In this document: positions 1 to 8,443 of the stretch, one piece after another
How the letters are laid out: every line of letters begins with the position of its first letter
Position numbering within the stretch: position 1 is the stretch's first letter
DNA from: a virus
Length of the DNA: 64,000 nucleotides
UHGV virus genome: UHGV-0371537
Direction: 5' to 3' (one strand)
Notes under the pieces: generated by a model
What the model was told of the DNA's origin: nothing
Seen by the model: only the letters and a program-made list of their open reading frames with translations
Database searches by the model: none
Position numbers and translations under genes: made by a program

Positions 1-346
1 GCCCCATGATAGAACCAAACTGGCCGTCGCGGTCAAAGTACGGGATGTTGTTCGTGCCTGGGAACCCCTGAGCCATGTTCACGATAGTGCCGCTCATGTT
101 CTCACCACCAGACTTGTAGTTGGTCCGGGCGGCGGCGAACATACCAAGGCGGTCAACGATCTCCTCCTTGTTGTACTCAAGAGCAGCAAAGAGGATCTTG
201 CGCTGGCTCGGCTTGAGGCTGTCAATCAGCTGAGGGATTTGACGGATGCTGTTGACCACAGAAAACTGCTTATGGTCAGTGTTGACAAAGTCCGTTACAG
301 TAATGCTCTTGGCAACCATCTTACCCACGATAACCTCCCACTTCAT
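1..346 (-). CDS. gp52: DNA topoisomerase II medium subunit (GyrA-like), N-terminal part; gene runs off the window start
   Basis: Hand translation of the minus strand from ATG near 346 gives MKWEVIVGKMVAKSITVTDF...IRQIPQLIDSLKPSQRKILFAAL, matching the conserved N-terminal IP-x-MIDG-x-KP-x-QR region of T4 gp52 / GyrA. Absent from the ORF track because it is truncated by the window edge. Confidence 0.7.
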   Translation of the reverse strand, partial: MKWEVIVGKMVAKSITVTDFVNTDHKQFSVVNSIRQIPQLIDSLKPSQRKILFAALEYNKEEIVDRLGMFAAARTNYKSGGENMSGTIVNMAQGFPGTNNIPYFDRDGQFGSIMG

Positions 347-770
347 ACGGGTCGACAATGTAGTCTACAATCCAAGTTTCAAGTTTTACCGCCAGAGGAG
401 ATTTGTCGTCTTCATCCAGGGTGTAATATCTTTTGCCAGTACCCTTCAGTGGGTCATGTATGACAACTTTGTCGCCTCGGGTATCCATAATGATCTGATG
501 CAATATCCCTGGCGTTGCTGGACTTGGCACGCAAAGAAGGTAGACATAATCATGATAGATGGTGGCAGTTTGGTTGACTCCCTTCCCACACAAGAATGGA
601 ACCCCTTCCATACAAAGAACGTCACCAATCGTGGTTTCCCAATTTGAGAAACTTTCATGCCATGTTTCAGCAACCTCGGCGACCGGGCGATCAAGCAACA
701 TCGCCAGACACGTTGACATACACGTGTCCTTTGTTGGCTGCATCTGATGAGTTAGCGGATATTCCATCAT
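321..770 (-). CDS. small papain-fold (C39-like) cysteine peptidase domain protein
   Basis: 149-aa ORF with Q..DTCMSTCLAMLL (Gln/Cys, C39-like DCG-x-ACLAM) and a downstream HQIIMD...VVIHDP His/Asp-Pro block; start overlaps the gp39 stop and the stop overlaps the gp52 start. Confidence 0.45.
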   Translation of the reverse strand: MMEYPLTHQMQPTKDTCMSTCLAMLLDRPVAEVAETWHESFSNWETTIGDVLCMEGVPFLCGKGVNQTATIYHDYVYLLCVPSPATPGILHQIIMDTRGDKVVIHDPLKGTGKRYYTLDEDDKSPLAVKLETWIVDYIVDPYEVGGYRG

Positions 771-2680
771 TCATCCTCAGTTTCAAACAGACAAACATCG
801 CTGAACCAGGTTTTGCGATAATCGGCGGCCTCATCACCGAAGCCATTCTTCAGTGACTGTTTGTAGCCGTCGTCCAGCGTGACCGTCGTAGTATACGCAT
901 CCAGGTTGTTTAGAATACGTTTGAAGTCTTCAGTGCTGTTACCGCCCAGACCTTTCAGATATTTCTTCTTCGTGATCTTCTTGGCATCAGGAGTCTTCAG
1001 GAATTCCTCATACTCGGCGTTGTTCATGAACTCATGCATCACCTTACCACACCACACACGCATATAAGGGGTGCGCAGGAGTTTCAGCCTGCCCTGACGG
1101 ACGTACTCTGGCCAGTAAGTGCAATACAAGGTGATCAGCAAGCCACGGATGTGAATGCCGTCATCGTCCGCATCGGTAGCCACAACAGTCTGTGGGTAGC
1201 GGCTGATGTCAAGGGGCTGACCGGGTACTGCGCCGCCATGGATGGTGCACAGGTTCTTGAACTCTTCGTTCGCCATCACTTTTGAGCGCGGTGCGTTCAG
1301 GCAGTTGATGAACTTACCACGAAGCGGGAACAACCCGATCTTTTTGGTGTCACGGGCGTTCAGGATAGGGTTGGAGGCGCTATCACCCTCAGTCAGCAAC
1401 AGGGAGCAGCCACTGCGGTCACCACGGGCGGTCGCCGGGTAATACTTCTCAATCTCACGGTAATCGCGCTTGCTGATATCCTTCTTGGCCTTTTCAAACT
1501 CGGCATCATCCTGGTCGTTGCGCAGAGCCGCCAGTTCTTTGCTCAGGCCAGCTGCAACGAACTCCAGCGCCTTGCGGATGAGTTTGTCGCTGGGCTTGTA
1601 GGATGTGCCAAACTGACTAACAGGAGTCGTCATACGCTCCTTGGTCTGGCTATCAAAGCGCGGGTTGTTGATGTCGGCAGCGATAAACAAGGACATGTGG
1701 TTCTTGATCATTGCTGGCTTCAGTTCGGTCTTGAACTTCTTAACCAGCTGAGGACGAATCGCAGCCACGATCTGGTCGGCCACATAATCAACATGAGGAC
1801 CACCGATGTGGGTGGCGATTGAGTTCACGTATGATGCGTGCATGAACGTACCGGATGAAGGGGCTACAGCAACAGACCAGTCCCCGGTTTCATCGACAGC
1901 GGAGCCAGCGTGGAAGTAATCAACAAAATGGCCGAAGCGGTCAATGCGGATCTGCTTACCATTAAGCACAACCTTCAGGCGCGGGTTACACGCCGCGACT
2001 TCGAATGCACGACGGTAGATCATGAGCAGGTTGTTCTGGTCAAGCCCTTTGACGCCCAGGCGAGCATAGTCAGGGATCCAGGCGATGGTGGTGCCGAACT
2101 CTTTCGGTGTATTGCTGATGACCGGATTAGACTTCTTGCTCATGTTGTCTTCAAACAGCTGGGCATAAGACTTCTTGCCGTCACTGGTAGCAACACGGAA
2201 CCACTTTGAGAACACGTTGACGAGGGACGCCCCTTCGCCATTCTGACCGCCGGACTTCTGGTTGTTGTACTCCTCGTCCTCATCGTTGAAGTTACTACCC
2301 GCATAGAGCGAGCCAAACAACATCTCAGGGAGCCACTCATTGGTGACGCCATGCTTGACCACAGGGATACCCCCGTTGTCAGCAACGATGATTTGACCGT
2401 TCATCGGGGAAACCGTGACAGTGATTTCCGTCAGGGATTTACCCTCAGGCGTCTTGCTGTGGTCAACACAGTTGGTGATGATTTCATCAAACTGTTTGAT
2501 CAGCGCCGGGGAATATTCGAAGTTGTCACGAAAGATGACTTGGTCTTTGGTTGGGTCGTACACCCACACCGTACCAACAGACGAACGGATGCTGCCCAGA
2601 TGACGCTCTGGGCGAAGTAGGATATGCTCAACGTGGGTGAGCTTCTTGTACTTGCGTTCAATATCAATTTTATTGGACAT
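767..2680 (-). CDS. gp39: DNA topoisomerase II large subunit (GyrB-like ATPase plus Toprim), single unsplit ORF
   Basis: 637-aa ORF with GHKL ATPase N-terminus (HILLRPERHLGS), and LLLTEGDSA and VATDADDDGIHI Toprim motifs; T2/T6-type unsplit architecture. Confidence 0.9.
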   Translation of the reverse strand: MSNKIDIERKYKKLTHVEHILLRPERHLGSIRSSVGTVWVYDPTKDQVIFRDNFEYSPALIKQFDEIITNCVDHSKTPEGKSLTEITVTVSPMNGQIIVADNGGIPVVKHGVTNEWLPEMLFGSLYAGSNFNDEDEEYNNQKSGGQNGEGASLVNVFSKWFRVATSDGKKSYAQLFEDNMSKKSNPVISNTPKEFGTTIAWIPDYARLGVKGLDQNNLLMIYRRAFEVAACNPRLKVVLNGKQIRIDRFGHFVDYFHAGSAVDETGDWSVAVAPSSGTFMHASYVNSIATHIGGPHVDYVADQIVAAIRPQLVKKFKTELKPAMIKNHMSLFIAADINNPRFDSQTKERMTTPVSQFGTSYKPSDKLIRKALEFVAAGLSKELAALRNDQDDAEFEKAKKDISKRDYREIEKYYPATARGDRSGCSLLLTEGDSASNPILNARDTKKIGLFPLRGKFINCLNAPRSKVMANEEFKNLCTIHGGAVPGQPLDISRYPQTVVATDADDDGIHIRGLLITLYCTYWPEYVRQGRLKLLRTPYMRVWCGKVMHEFMNNAEYEEFLKTPDAKKITKKKYLKGLGGNSTEDFKRILNNLDAYTTTVTLDDGYKQSLKNGFGDEAADYRKTWFSDVCLFETEDE

Positions 2681-2729
2681 CTGCCTATCCCGTCAATGGT
2701 AAACACACAAGATTATGTATGGGGTTGGC

Positions 2730-3314
2730 TTATAGACCAAATTTGCTGCGCCACTTTTCAACTTTGTGGTTGAATGCTTGCTCCACTTTAATGCGCGTGG
2801 CCATCAAGGAGGAACCACGGATCGCCCCTTCCCCACATCCCATGCGTGCAACATGCGTGATCAGATTATTGATGAGTTTATCCAATCTGTCTTGACTGCG
2901 ATAAGGCTGGTTGCACAACCGGATAATCCGGCCATGATAATGATGGATAAGGTTCAGATGCTTTTGAGGATCACGATCAATCAGACGGAACCAGTCTTCT
3001 TCCAACTGTTTAGAAGAAATATCGTTCACCATCGCCATGCGGGTGATGACCGAATCGATCATTTCGGCCTTGTTCAGAGAGCCGCGCATTTGGACGTCGT
3101 CATAATCCATGACATACAGGAGGTCGATAGCAGAGATGATGACGTCGGCAACTTCGCCATTCAGAGGTTCTGATGGCATACCGATACCATGAAACACATC
3201 AGACAGTTCACAAATCTCTTCACCTAATTTATTCAGGACAAACACAGGCGAGCGGTCTGGGGTATGAGCAGTGCAGTCATAGGAAGTGTCGATGACGGTG
3301 TGTAGAAATTTCAT
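2730..3314 (-). CDS. MazG-like nucleotide pyrophosphohydrolase domain protein (putative)
   Basis: 194 aa; N-terminal EEICELSDVFHG ... EVADVIISAIDL resembles the MazG EExxE...ExxD metal-binding helices. Confidence 0.45.
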   Translation of the reverse strand: MKFLHTVIDTSYDCTAHTPDRSPVFVLNKLGEEICELSDVFHGIGMPSEPLNGEVADVIISAIDLLYVMDYDDVQMRGSLNKAEMIDSVITRMAMVNDISSKQLEEDWFRLIDRDPQKHLNLIHHYHGRIIRLCNQPYRSQDRLDKLINNLITHVARMGCGEGAIRGSSLMATRIKVEQAFNHKVEKWRSKFGL

Positions 3315-3814
3315 TTCAAAGTTCCTTGTATGCGGAGACGGTTAATGTGGTCTATGATAAAGTCCATAGAGTTTTGAAAACTATATTTCCCGTTCCGAAC
3401 GTATGCATGGATCAGTGGGAGTCGACTGTATGCCAATCTGATTTTCAACAGGTCAGGCATTGTCTGGAGTTTCACGCTGGTCGCAAACAGAATATCACGC
3501 TTGAATTCTTCGGTAGACGGATCCAGGACAACAATCCGGGTAGCCGCCAACTCCTGACCATACTGCTTGGCTTCGTAGCCGTCGAGCAGACGCAGGTTGT
3601 CATCCCTATACTTCAGCCAATACCAGTAGCCCTCCATGGAGTTAAACACGCCATGCTCATAGGTAGTCACTGGGTGATGGGTAAAATGCGAGAGGAAGCG
3701 CCCGAGTTCCGTCTGGCTCCGGCTGTAGATGTTGAAGTGATTCTTACCCTCTGTTTCAGGGGTCATCTTGTTCTGTGGAACACTCATTAACAGCATCATG
3801 ATGTAGTTTCTCAA
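3311..3814 (-). CDS. hypothetical protein
   Basis: 167-aa ORF, same strand and tightly packed with neighbours; no motif recognised. Confidence 0.5.
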   Translation of the reverse strand: MRNYIMMLLMSVPQNKMTPETEGKNHFNIYSRSQTELGRFLSHFTHHPVTTYEHGVFNSMEGYWYWLKYRDDNLRLLDGYEAKQYGQELAATRIVVLDPSTEEFKRDILFATSVKLQTMPDLLKIRLAYSRLPLIHAYVRNGKYSFQNSMDFIIDHINRLRIQGTLK

Positions 3815-3841
3815 ATCAAAGTATTGCTGTGTGTAGTGAAA

Positions 3842-4039
3842 TTACTTCTTCATACAGCCCATATAACTGCAGGCCAAGCCGATAGCGGCGAATACGATGG
3901 CAAGGACAAATCGGGTGATCTGCATTTGTGATATTGTGAGCAGCCCGATCACGTTTTCGATCGTCAGGAAGAAACACACTCCAGCGACGATACCTAATTT
4001 GAACGAATTCCGTTCTTTGTTGATCTTGAACCTGTACAT
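3842..4039 (-). CDS. small membrane protein (two predicted TM helices)
   Basis: 65-aa ORF with two hydrophobic stretches (LGIVAGVCFFLTIENVIGLL, FVLAIVFAAIGLACSY). Confidence 0.4.
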   Translation of the reverse strand: MYRFKINKERNSFKLGIVAGVCFFLTIENVIGLLTISQMQITRFVLAIVFAAIGLACSYMGCMKK

Positions 4040-4084
4040 ATGTGCCTCCTGGTTGAAGCGGGGAGTTTCCTCCCCTGTAACTAT

Positions 4085-4564
4085 CTAGCCCAGAAACACT
4101 ACTAAAGTCAAACTAGTTTGCAGACCTGGGTTACTTTGGATGATACTCCAGACTTTAGATTGATATGCCGGATCATGCAAAGAGTCTGATACGACCAGGA
4201 CTTTCGGATTTCTGCCGATAAGCACATCACCCTTTTCAAACTGAAATGTGGTGAACGCGTTGTTCATGCCCACTTCTTCACGATTCAAAGTGAGTTTGAT
4301 CGTCTCCTCTTTCGCGAACATAGCTATGACTTCGAGTCCAGTTTCTTCCAAGAATTGTTTTGAAAGAATATGTTTCAGGGCTGTGGAGTGGCCTGTCTGG
4401 CGCAGAAATCGATGATAGATCGCATCGTCACGCCGTAAAAAATCAATTTTTGATTTACCACGACGAAATTCAACAACTTCAAAAGCATCAAGGATCATCT
4501 GAGTGATGAGTTCGATATGTGGGGTGATGGCGATGTTCACATCACGTTTAACCATAGATTTCAT
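4085..4564 (-). CDS. hypothetical protein
   Basis: 159-aa ORF followed by an intergenic hairpin. Confidence 0.5.
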   Translation of the reverse strand: MKSMVKRDVNIAITPHIELITQMILDAFEVVEFRRGKSKIDFLRRDDAIYHRFLRQTGHSTALKHILSKQFLEETGLEVIAMFAKEETIKLTLNREEVGMNNAFTTFQFEKGDVLIGRNPKVLVVSDSLHDPAYQSKVWSIIQSNPGLQTSLTLVVFLG

Positions 4565-4633
4565 TTGGTGTATCCTCAGTTAGGTTCCGCTCATGGGGAA
4601 CGGGTCCATTATACACCGAATGCCGGAAATGAA

Positions 4634-4653
4634 AAAGAGGCCGGAGCCTCTTT
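4634..4653 (-). terminator. terminator hairpin
   Basis: AAAGAGGC-CGGA-GCCTCTTT followed by a T-run on the minus strand. Confidence 0.5.
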
Positions 4654-4681
4654 TAGTCTTCATATTTACCTGTCCTGAAGT

Positions 4682-4882
4682 TCACTTTCGTGCATTCTTC
4701 AGGTCGAGGTCTTTGAAGATATTCCCAAAGATCTTTTGGAATGGGGTCTGCTCTTGTTCTTCCTCAAGATCCTTGGGTTTCTTGACAGGCTCCTTCACCA
4801 TACCACCTTCGGGTTTCCCCACATCGGTGGTAGTGGTGCCAGGGGCTGCCGAGTCTTCAAGAAAGTCCTGGAAGCCCTTCAT
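4682..4882 (-). CDS. hypothetical small acidic protein
   Basis: 66-aa ORF directly downstream of the Ig-like gene (stop/start nearly abutting); a terminator hairpin follows. Confidence 0.35.
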   Translation of the reverse strand: MKGFQDFLEDSAAPGTTTTDVGKPEGGMVKEPVKKPKDLEEEQEQTPFQKIFGNIFKDLDLKNARK

Positions 4883-4884
4883 GA

Positions 4885-5706
4885 TTAGACCACAGCCATT
4901 TCACAACGGGCGGAGGTCACAGAATGGCCATCGGCGTCTTCGACAACACACCAGTATTCACCTTCATCAGCAGCGTCGACTGCAGTGATGACCAGGTTAG
5001 CGGTAGCGGCGGTCGCGTTGGTGCCAGCATCGATAACCACACCTTCACCACCAGGGACATCAGAGAAATACCACACGTAAGTGTAAGGTGTGGTGCCACC
5101 AGAAGCCACAACACTGAAGGTAGCGTCCTGGCCAGCCGTTACGTCTTGGGAAGCCGCGAGGTCTGTAGACAACGCGAGCAGACCAGCCACTGTAATGACA
5201 GTAGAGTCTGTGTGACCGCCTTCGATGGTAACACCGTACACAGTCACAGAACCAGAAGCCAGCAGCTTGAATTTGCCGCCGCCAATGTGAACGGCTTTGG
5301 TCAGATCACCGGAGTACCAGTTCACGCCCTGATATGTGGCATTCTCTGGAGCTACGGTGGCCAACAGTTCAACAATCTGGCCGATTTCGCCGCTTGCTGT
5401 TGCCGGAGTGATGGTCAGTCCAGTGGTCAGTACAGCACTTGGGTCGTGGATTTCGTAAGAGATCTCGAAGCCAACAGGCTTTGTTGGATCCACTTTGGTC
5501 ACACCGTCGGCCTGCAGGTTACTGCGGGTCAGCAGAGCGTCCAGGCCTTTACATTCTGTCAGCACTTCGTCAGGATCTTGGTTCAGGCTGGTCTTCTCCC
5601 AACCCTTGGCAGTGCCTGTAACAACATGCAGGCGTTCAGTTTCCGGTTTGTTGCGAACAACTTCCGGGGCGACTAATACAGTGATCGTTGGCATGGTTTC
5701 CTCCAC
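4885..5706 (-). CDS. Ig-like domain protein (Big_2 / I-set-like), possible capsid or virion decoration protein
   Basis: 273 aa, Thr/Ala/Gly-rich beta-sandwich-like sequence with an I-set-like EGEYWCVVEDADGHSVTS strand motif and TPYTYVWYF. Confidence 0.6.
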   Translation of the reverse strand: MEETMPTITVLVAPEVVRNKPETERLHVVTGTAKGWEKTSLNQDPDEVLTECKGLDALLTRSNLQADGVTKVDPTKPVGFEISYEIHDPSAVLTTGLTITPATASGEIGQIVELLATVAPENATYQGVNWYSGDLTKAVHIGGGKFKLLASGSVTVYGVTIEGGHTDSTVITVAGLLALSTDLAASQDVTAGQDATFSVVASGGTTPYTYVWYFSDVPGGEGVVIDAGTNATAATANLVITAVDAADEGEYWCVVEDADGHSVTSARCEMAVV

Positions 5707-6065
5707 TCATCCAAATCGTTGTTCAGAGCCATCATCAGCTCATTATCTGGTTCATATGAACCGGAACATAAATCATCGCGCCATACGCCGATCGTCAACA
5801 AAGCAGCCTTGAGGCGAGGACGCTGGGTTTCATCTGTTTTCAACACCAACATTCTACAAGCAGCTTCTGCCTCGAACGTGTTGAACACAGTAATCAATTG
5901 ATTAAGAATCAGCCGTGGACTCTTGCCAGGCACAAATCTCTTCAATGATTGATTAATTAGCGAAATCCGCTGTATGTCCACCAACACCTCATCCCATGAG
6001 ACAGAATCAACAATGTAATGCCTCAGAGCATAGTCCATCAGATTGCTTTCGTCAACGATAGCCAT
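5673..6065 (-). CDS. hypothetical protein
   Basis: 130-aa ORF. Confidence 0.4.
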   Translation of the reverse strand: MAIVDESNLMDYALRHYIVDSVSWDEVLVDIQRISLINQSLKRFVPGKSPRLILNQLITVFNTFEAEAACRMLVLKTDETQRPRLKAALLTIGVWRDDLCSGSYEPDNELMMALNNDLDEWRKPCQRSLY

Positions 6066-6095
6066 ATAGAATAAGTTCAGCTGTTGTACACTGGC

Positions 6096-6521
6096 TTATT
6101 TAATCTGCAATTTTTCGATGAGTTGCGCGATCAATGTAATACGGTCTTCAGCAGTGATGCCCAAGGGTGCACCCAACAGCTTCAGATCGTCAACACCCAA
6201 GAGATTCAGAGTCTCTACAGTGATGTTAGTCTCGACCACAGCCCCGGTTTCAAACGGTTTACCGAACTTGTCGCGACCATAACGCTTGAGGGTAGAGGCC
6301 AGCCCCGGAAGCTCCTGAAGGAGTTCCTTCGTACCGTCTTGGTATTTACACACCCATCCGTAGCCGCCAGCGTATACGACGCCTCCGTCTCCCCCCGTAG
6401 GGATGTTGTCGACAGCGCGTTGCAGATACGTTGGAAGAATTCCTTCCTCCTTCGCCTGGATAGCATCAACCGGGGCTTCGGTTTTGGTTTCAACTTTCTT
6501 GACTTCTGGTTTCTTGGCCAT
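6096..6521 (-). CDS. hypothetical protein
   Basis: 141-aa ORF with Lys/Glu-rich N-terminus. Confidence 0.5.
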   Translation of the reverse strand: MAKKPEVKKVETKTEAPVDAIQAKEEGILPTYLQRAVDNIPTGGDGGVVYAGGYGWVCKYQDGTKELLQELPGLASTLKRYGRDKFGKPFETGAVVETNITVETLNLLGVDDLKLLGAPLGITAEDRITLIAQLIEKLQIK

Positions 6522-6795
6522 GTTCGGTTCTCCTATAGACTGTTATGTATTTACCACAGCAATTGCAGCAGTATACATGCATTGCATACCCGTCATCAGT
6601 AAAGTCACAAGCACCACAACGACAAAACAATTTCACGAACTGATCGCCCTGTACTTCGCGTGGTGGAAAGTTCTTGTGGGAGTATTCCCTGGTCTCCCCT
6701 TCGAACTGGAAGGAGTCAACCAGGAACTTGTCTGTCACTCGATGTGGGCCAAATGCTTGTCGGGCATATTTGAAGTAGACGTCGGTGGTTAACAT
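6490..6795 (-). CDS. hypothetical Cys-rich protein (possible zinc-binding)
   Basis: 101 aa with CRCGACDF...CCNCCGKY cysteine clusters. Confidence 0.4.
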   Translation of the reverse strand: MLTTDVYFKYARQAFGPHRVTDKFLVDSFQFEGETREYSHKNFPPREVQGDQFVKLFCRCGACDFTDDGYAMHVYCCNCCGKYITVYRRTEHGQETRSQES

Positions 6796-6846
6796 ATCGA
6801 CCTCAAAGAAAAGGAGGCCGAAGCCCCCTTGTAAGTTTACTGAAGA

Positions 6847-8412
6847 TTACTTGTACAGGCCTGTCACGTCAATCGACTTGTGCTGGCGGTTGTACTCAGC
6901 CGTGTAATCGTCCATCACCATGTATTCACAGCATCGGATTTTGCTGGAGCCATAATCGTTGGTGATAGACACGATGTCACGCGGGTTCAGCTTACAGCGA
7001 ACGACACGCTGTCCCACAGAACCGAAACACTCCTTCAGGTAGGCCAGGGAGCACACATGCAGACCGTATGAACACAGGTCGGAGTTGTTGTCGTTCACGA
7101 ATGAGCGAGCCATCCGCACGATGGTGCCAGGCGCGTTGCTGATCGTGTTGCTGTGCTTGTCCATGTAGTTGCCGCGCACCGATTTGTAGAGGATGATGTC
7201 ACCATCGTCGTCAATTTCGATGTCGGAGTACGCCATGAACTCATAGATGCGCCCGGACTGAACCAGAGCAGCCGACGGGTTCTGGAACATTTTGTCCATA
7301 AACTTCGCCATGCGGTCCAGGTTCTTGAAGTCACCCTTCAGCATCAGCGCCAGTACGCGCTTGGCAATCGAGGTTCCAGTGATGTCATGACCAGACCAAC
7401 GAACGCGATTGTCGGTCACTTCCACCAGACCAGCAGCATACTTCGCGATGGCATCACGAGGCCGCATCAACGAGTAGGCCAGCTTCACGTCTTTGTCTTT
7501 GATCGCCTGTACGATGCGGTCATATGCTGGATGTGAAGTGGTGATCGTTTCCGGCTTGCCATCAATCGCGATTACGACACTGTCCGGCAGAATCAGAATC
7601 TGGTGTTCGTTCAGGAACACGTCCAGGTCTTTCGCGCCGAAGTCCTGCTTGGTCTTCTTGTCATCAGCCACTTCTTCAACGTCTTTGACAGCGACGGTGA
7701 ATTCCACAGAAGACAGAGCCAGGCGCAGGGTGCGACCGAGGATGGCATCGAAGTAACCAACACGGCGACGGGCATCTAAGGATCCACGGATAGGATAGGT
7801 TTCCCCGTCAACCACAACGCCGATTTCAACGTTGCTTGGAACTTTGTCCGCACCTTCCGACAGCGCGACAGAAATTTCTGCCATTTTACCGATAGCTTCA
7901 ACGCCGAAAGCACGGCTGTTGCCTTCCACTGCAGTCAGTTCAGACTTTTCAAAGAAAGCCCCTGTAAAATTGCCGCCGTCGGTGAGACACAGATACTTGT
8001 TGTGGTTCGGTAGATATGCCCCAACATACCATTCTGAGCCATCTTTGTCTTTGGCTGTTCCACCCGGCTGGACTTCGAATACTTCCTGCTCTTCCGGTTT
8101 GATAGGAGAGATCACAGTTACCTTGTTTTCCTCCTCGGTAATGCGGACCAACAGAGCTCGAGCAATGGTCTTGGCGGACACACCGTACACCTTGGCCAGG
8201 AATGCATTGCTGGCATTACCTGTCGCCGAATCCCTTTGGATATTAGCGATCTGGTCTGTTGTCAGAGATTTCAGCGATAACGGGTTGACACCGAGTTCCG
8301 TGTCTGCAACACGTTGTACAGTCGAGCGGGGTATGCCCAACAGAGTAGCAATTGCGCTCTGGCTCATGCCGTCCTTCAAATACTTGAGGATCTTTTCGTC
8401 AATCTTGTTCAT
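6847..8412 (-). CDS. rIIB: rIIB protein
   Basis: C-terminal region (HSNTISNAPGTIVRMARSFVNDNNSDLCSYGLHVCSLAYLKECFGSVGQRVVRCKLNPRDIVSI) aligns with the T4 rIIB C-terminus as I recall it; N-terminal HTH (MSQSAIATLLGIPRSTVQRV). Start moved to the internal ATG (MNKIDEK) 32 nt downstream of the rIIA stop. Confidence 0.85.
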   Translation of the reverse strand: MNKIDEKILKYLKDGMSQSAIATLLGIPRSTVQRVADTELGVNPLSLKSLTTDQIANIQRDSATGNASNAFLAKVYGVSAKTIARALLVRITEEENKVTVISPIKPEEQEVFEVQPGGTAKDKDGSEWYVGAYLPNHNKYLCLTDGGNFTGAFFEKSELTAVEGNSRAFGVEAIGKMAEISVALSEGADKVPSNVEIGVVVDGETYPIRGSLDARRRVGYFDAILGRTLRLALSSVEFTVAVKDVEEVADDKKTKQDFGAKDLDVFLNEHQILILPDSVVIAIDGKPETITTSHPAYDRIVQAIKDKDVKLAYSLMRPRDAIAKYAAGLVEVTDNRVRWSGHDITGTSIAKRVLALMLKGDFKNLDRMAKFMDKMFQNPSAALVQSGRIYEFMAYSDIEIDDDGDIILYKSVRGNYMDKHSNTISNAPGTIVRMARSFVNDNNSDLCSYGLHVCSLAYLKECFGSVGQRVVRCKLNPRDIVSITNDYGSSKIRCCEYMVMDDYTAEYNRQHKSIDVTGLYK

Positions 8413-8443
8413 CTTGTAGTTCCCACGTTGGTTAACAGGGTTA

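Noticed and set aside
246-647. Plus-strand ORFs 239-463 and 246-647 at the window start.
   Set aside because: They overlap the minus-strand gp52 N-terminus and the C39-like gene, which have clear homology-type motifs; likely non-coding shadow frames.
1910-2209. Antisense or alternative-frame ORFs inside large genes (for example 1910-2209 inside gp39, 9344-9748 inside rIIA, 21945-22523 inside the polymerase gene, 50718-51287 inside the 1612-aa gene, 61861-62412 inside the sheath gene).
   Set aside because: They lie wholly within much longer ORFs that have recognisable conserved motifs and have no ribosome-binding signals of their own; treated as spurious.
767-2680. T4-style split of the topoisomerase large subunit (gene 39 / gene 60 with translational bypass).
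   Set aside because: The ORF is a single 637-aa reading frame containing both the ATPase and Toprim regions; no hop-like interruption is present.
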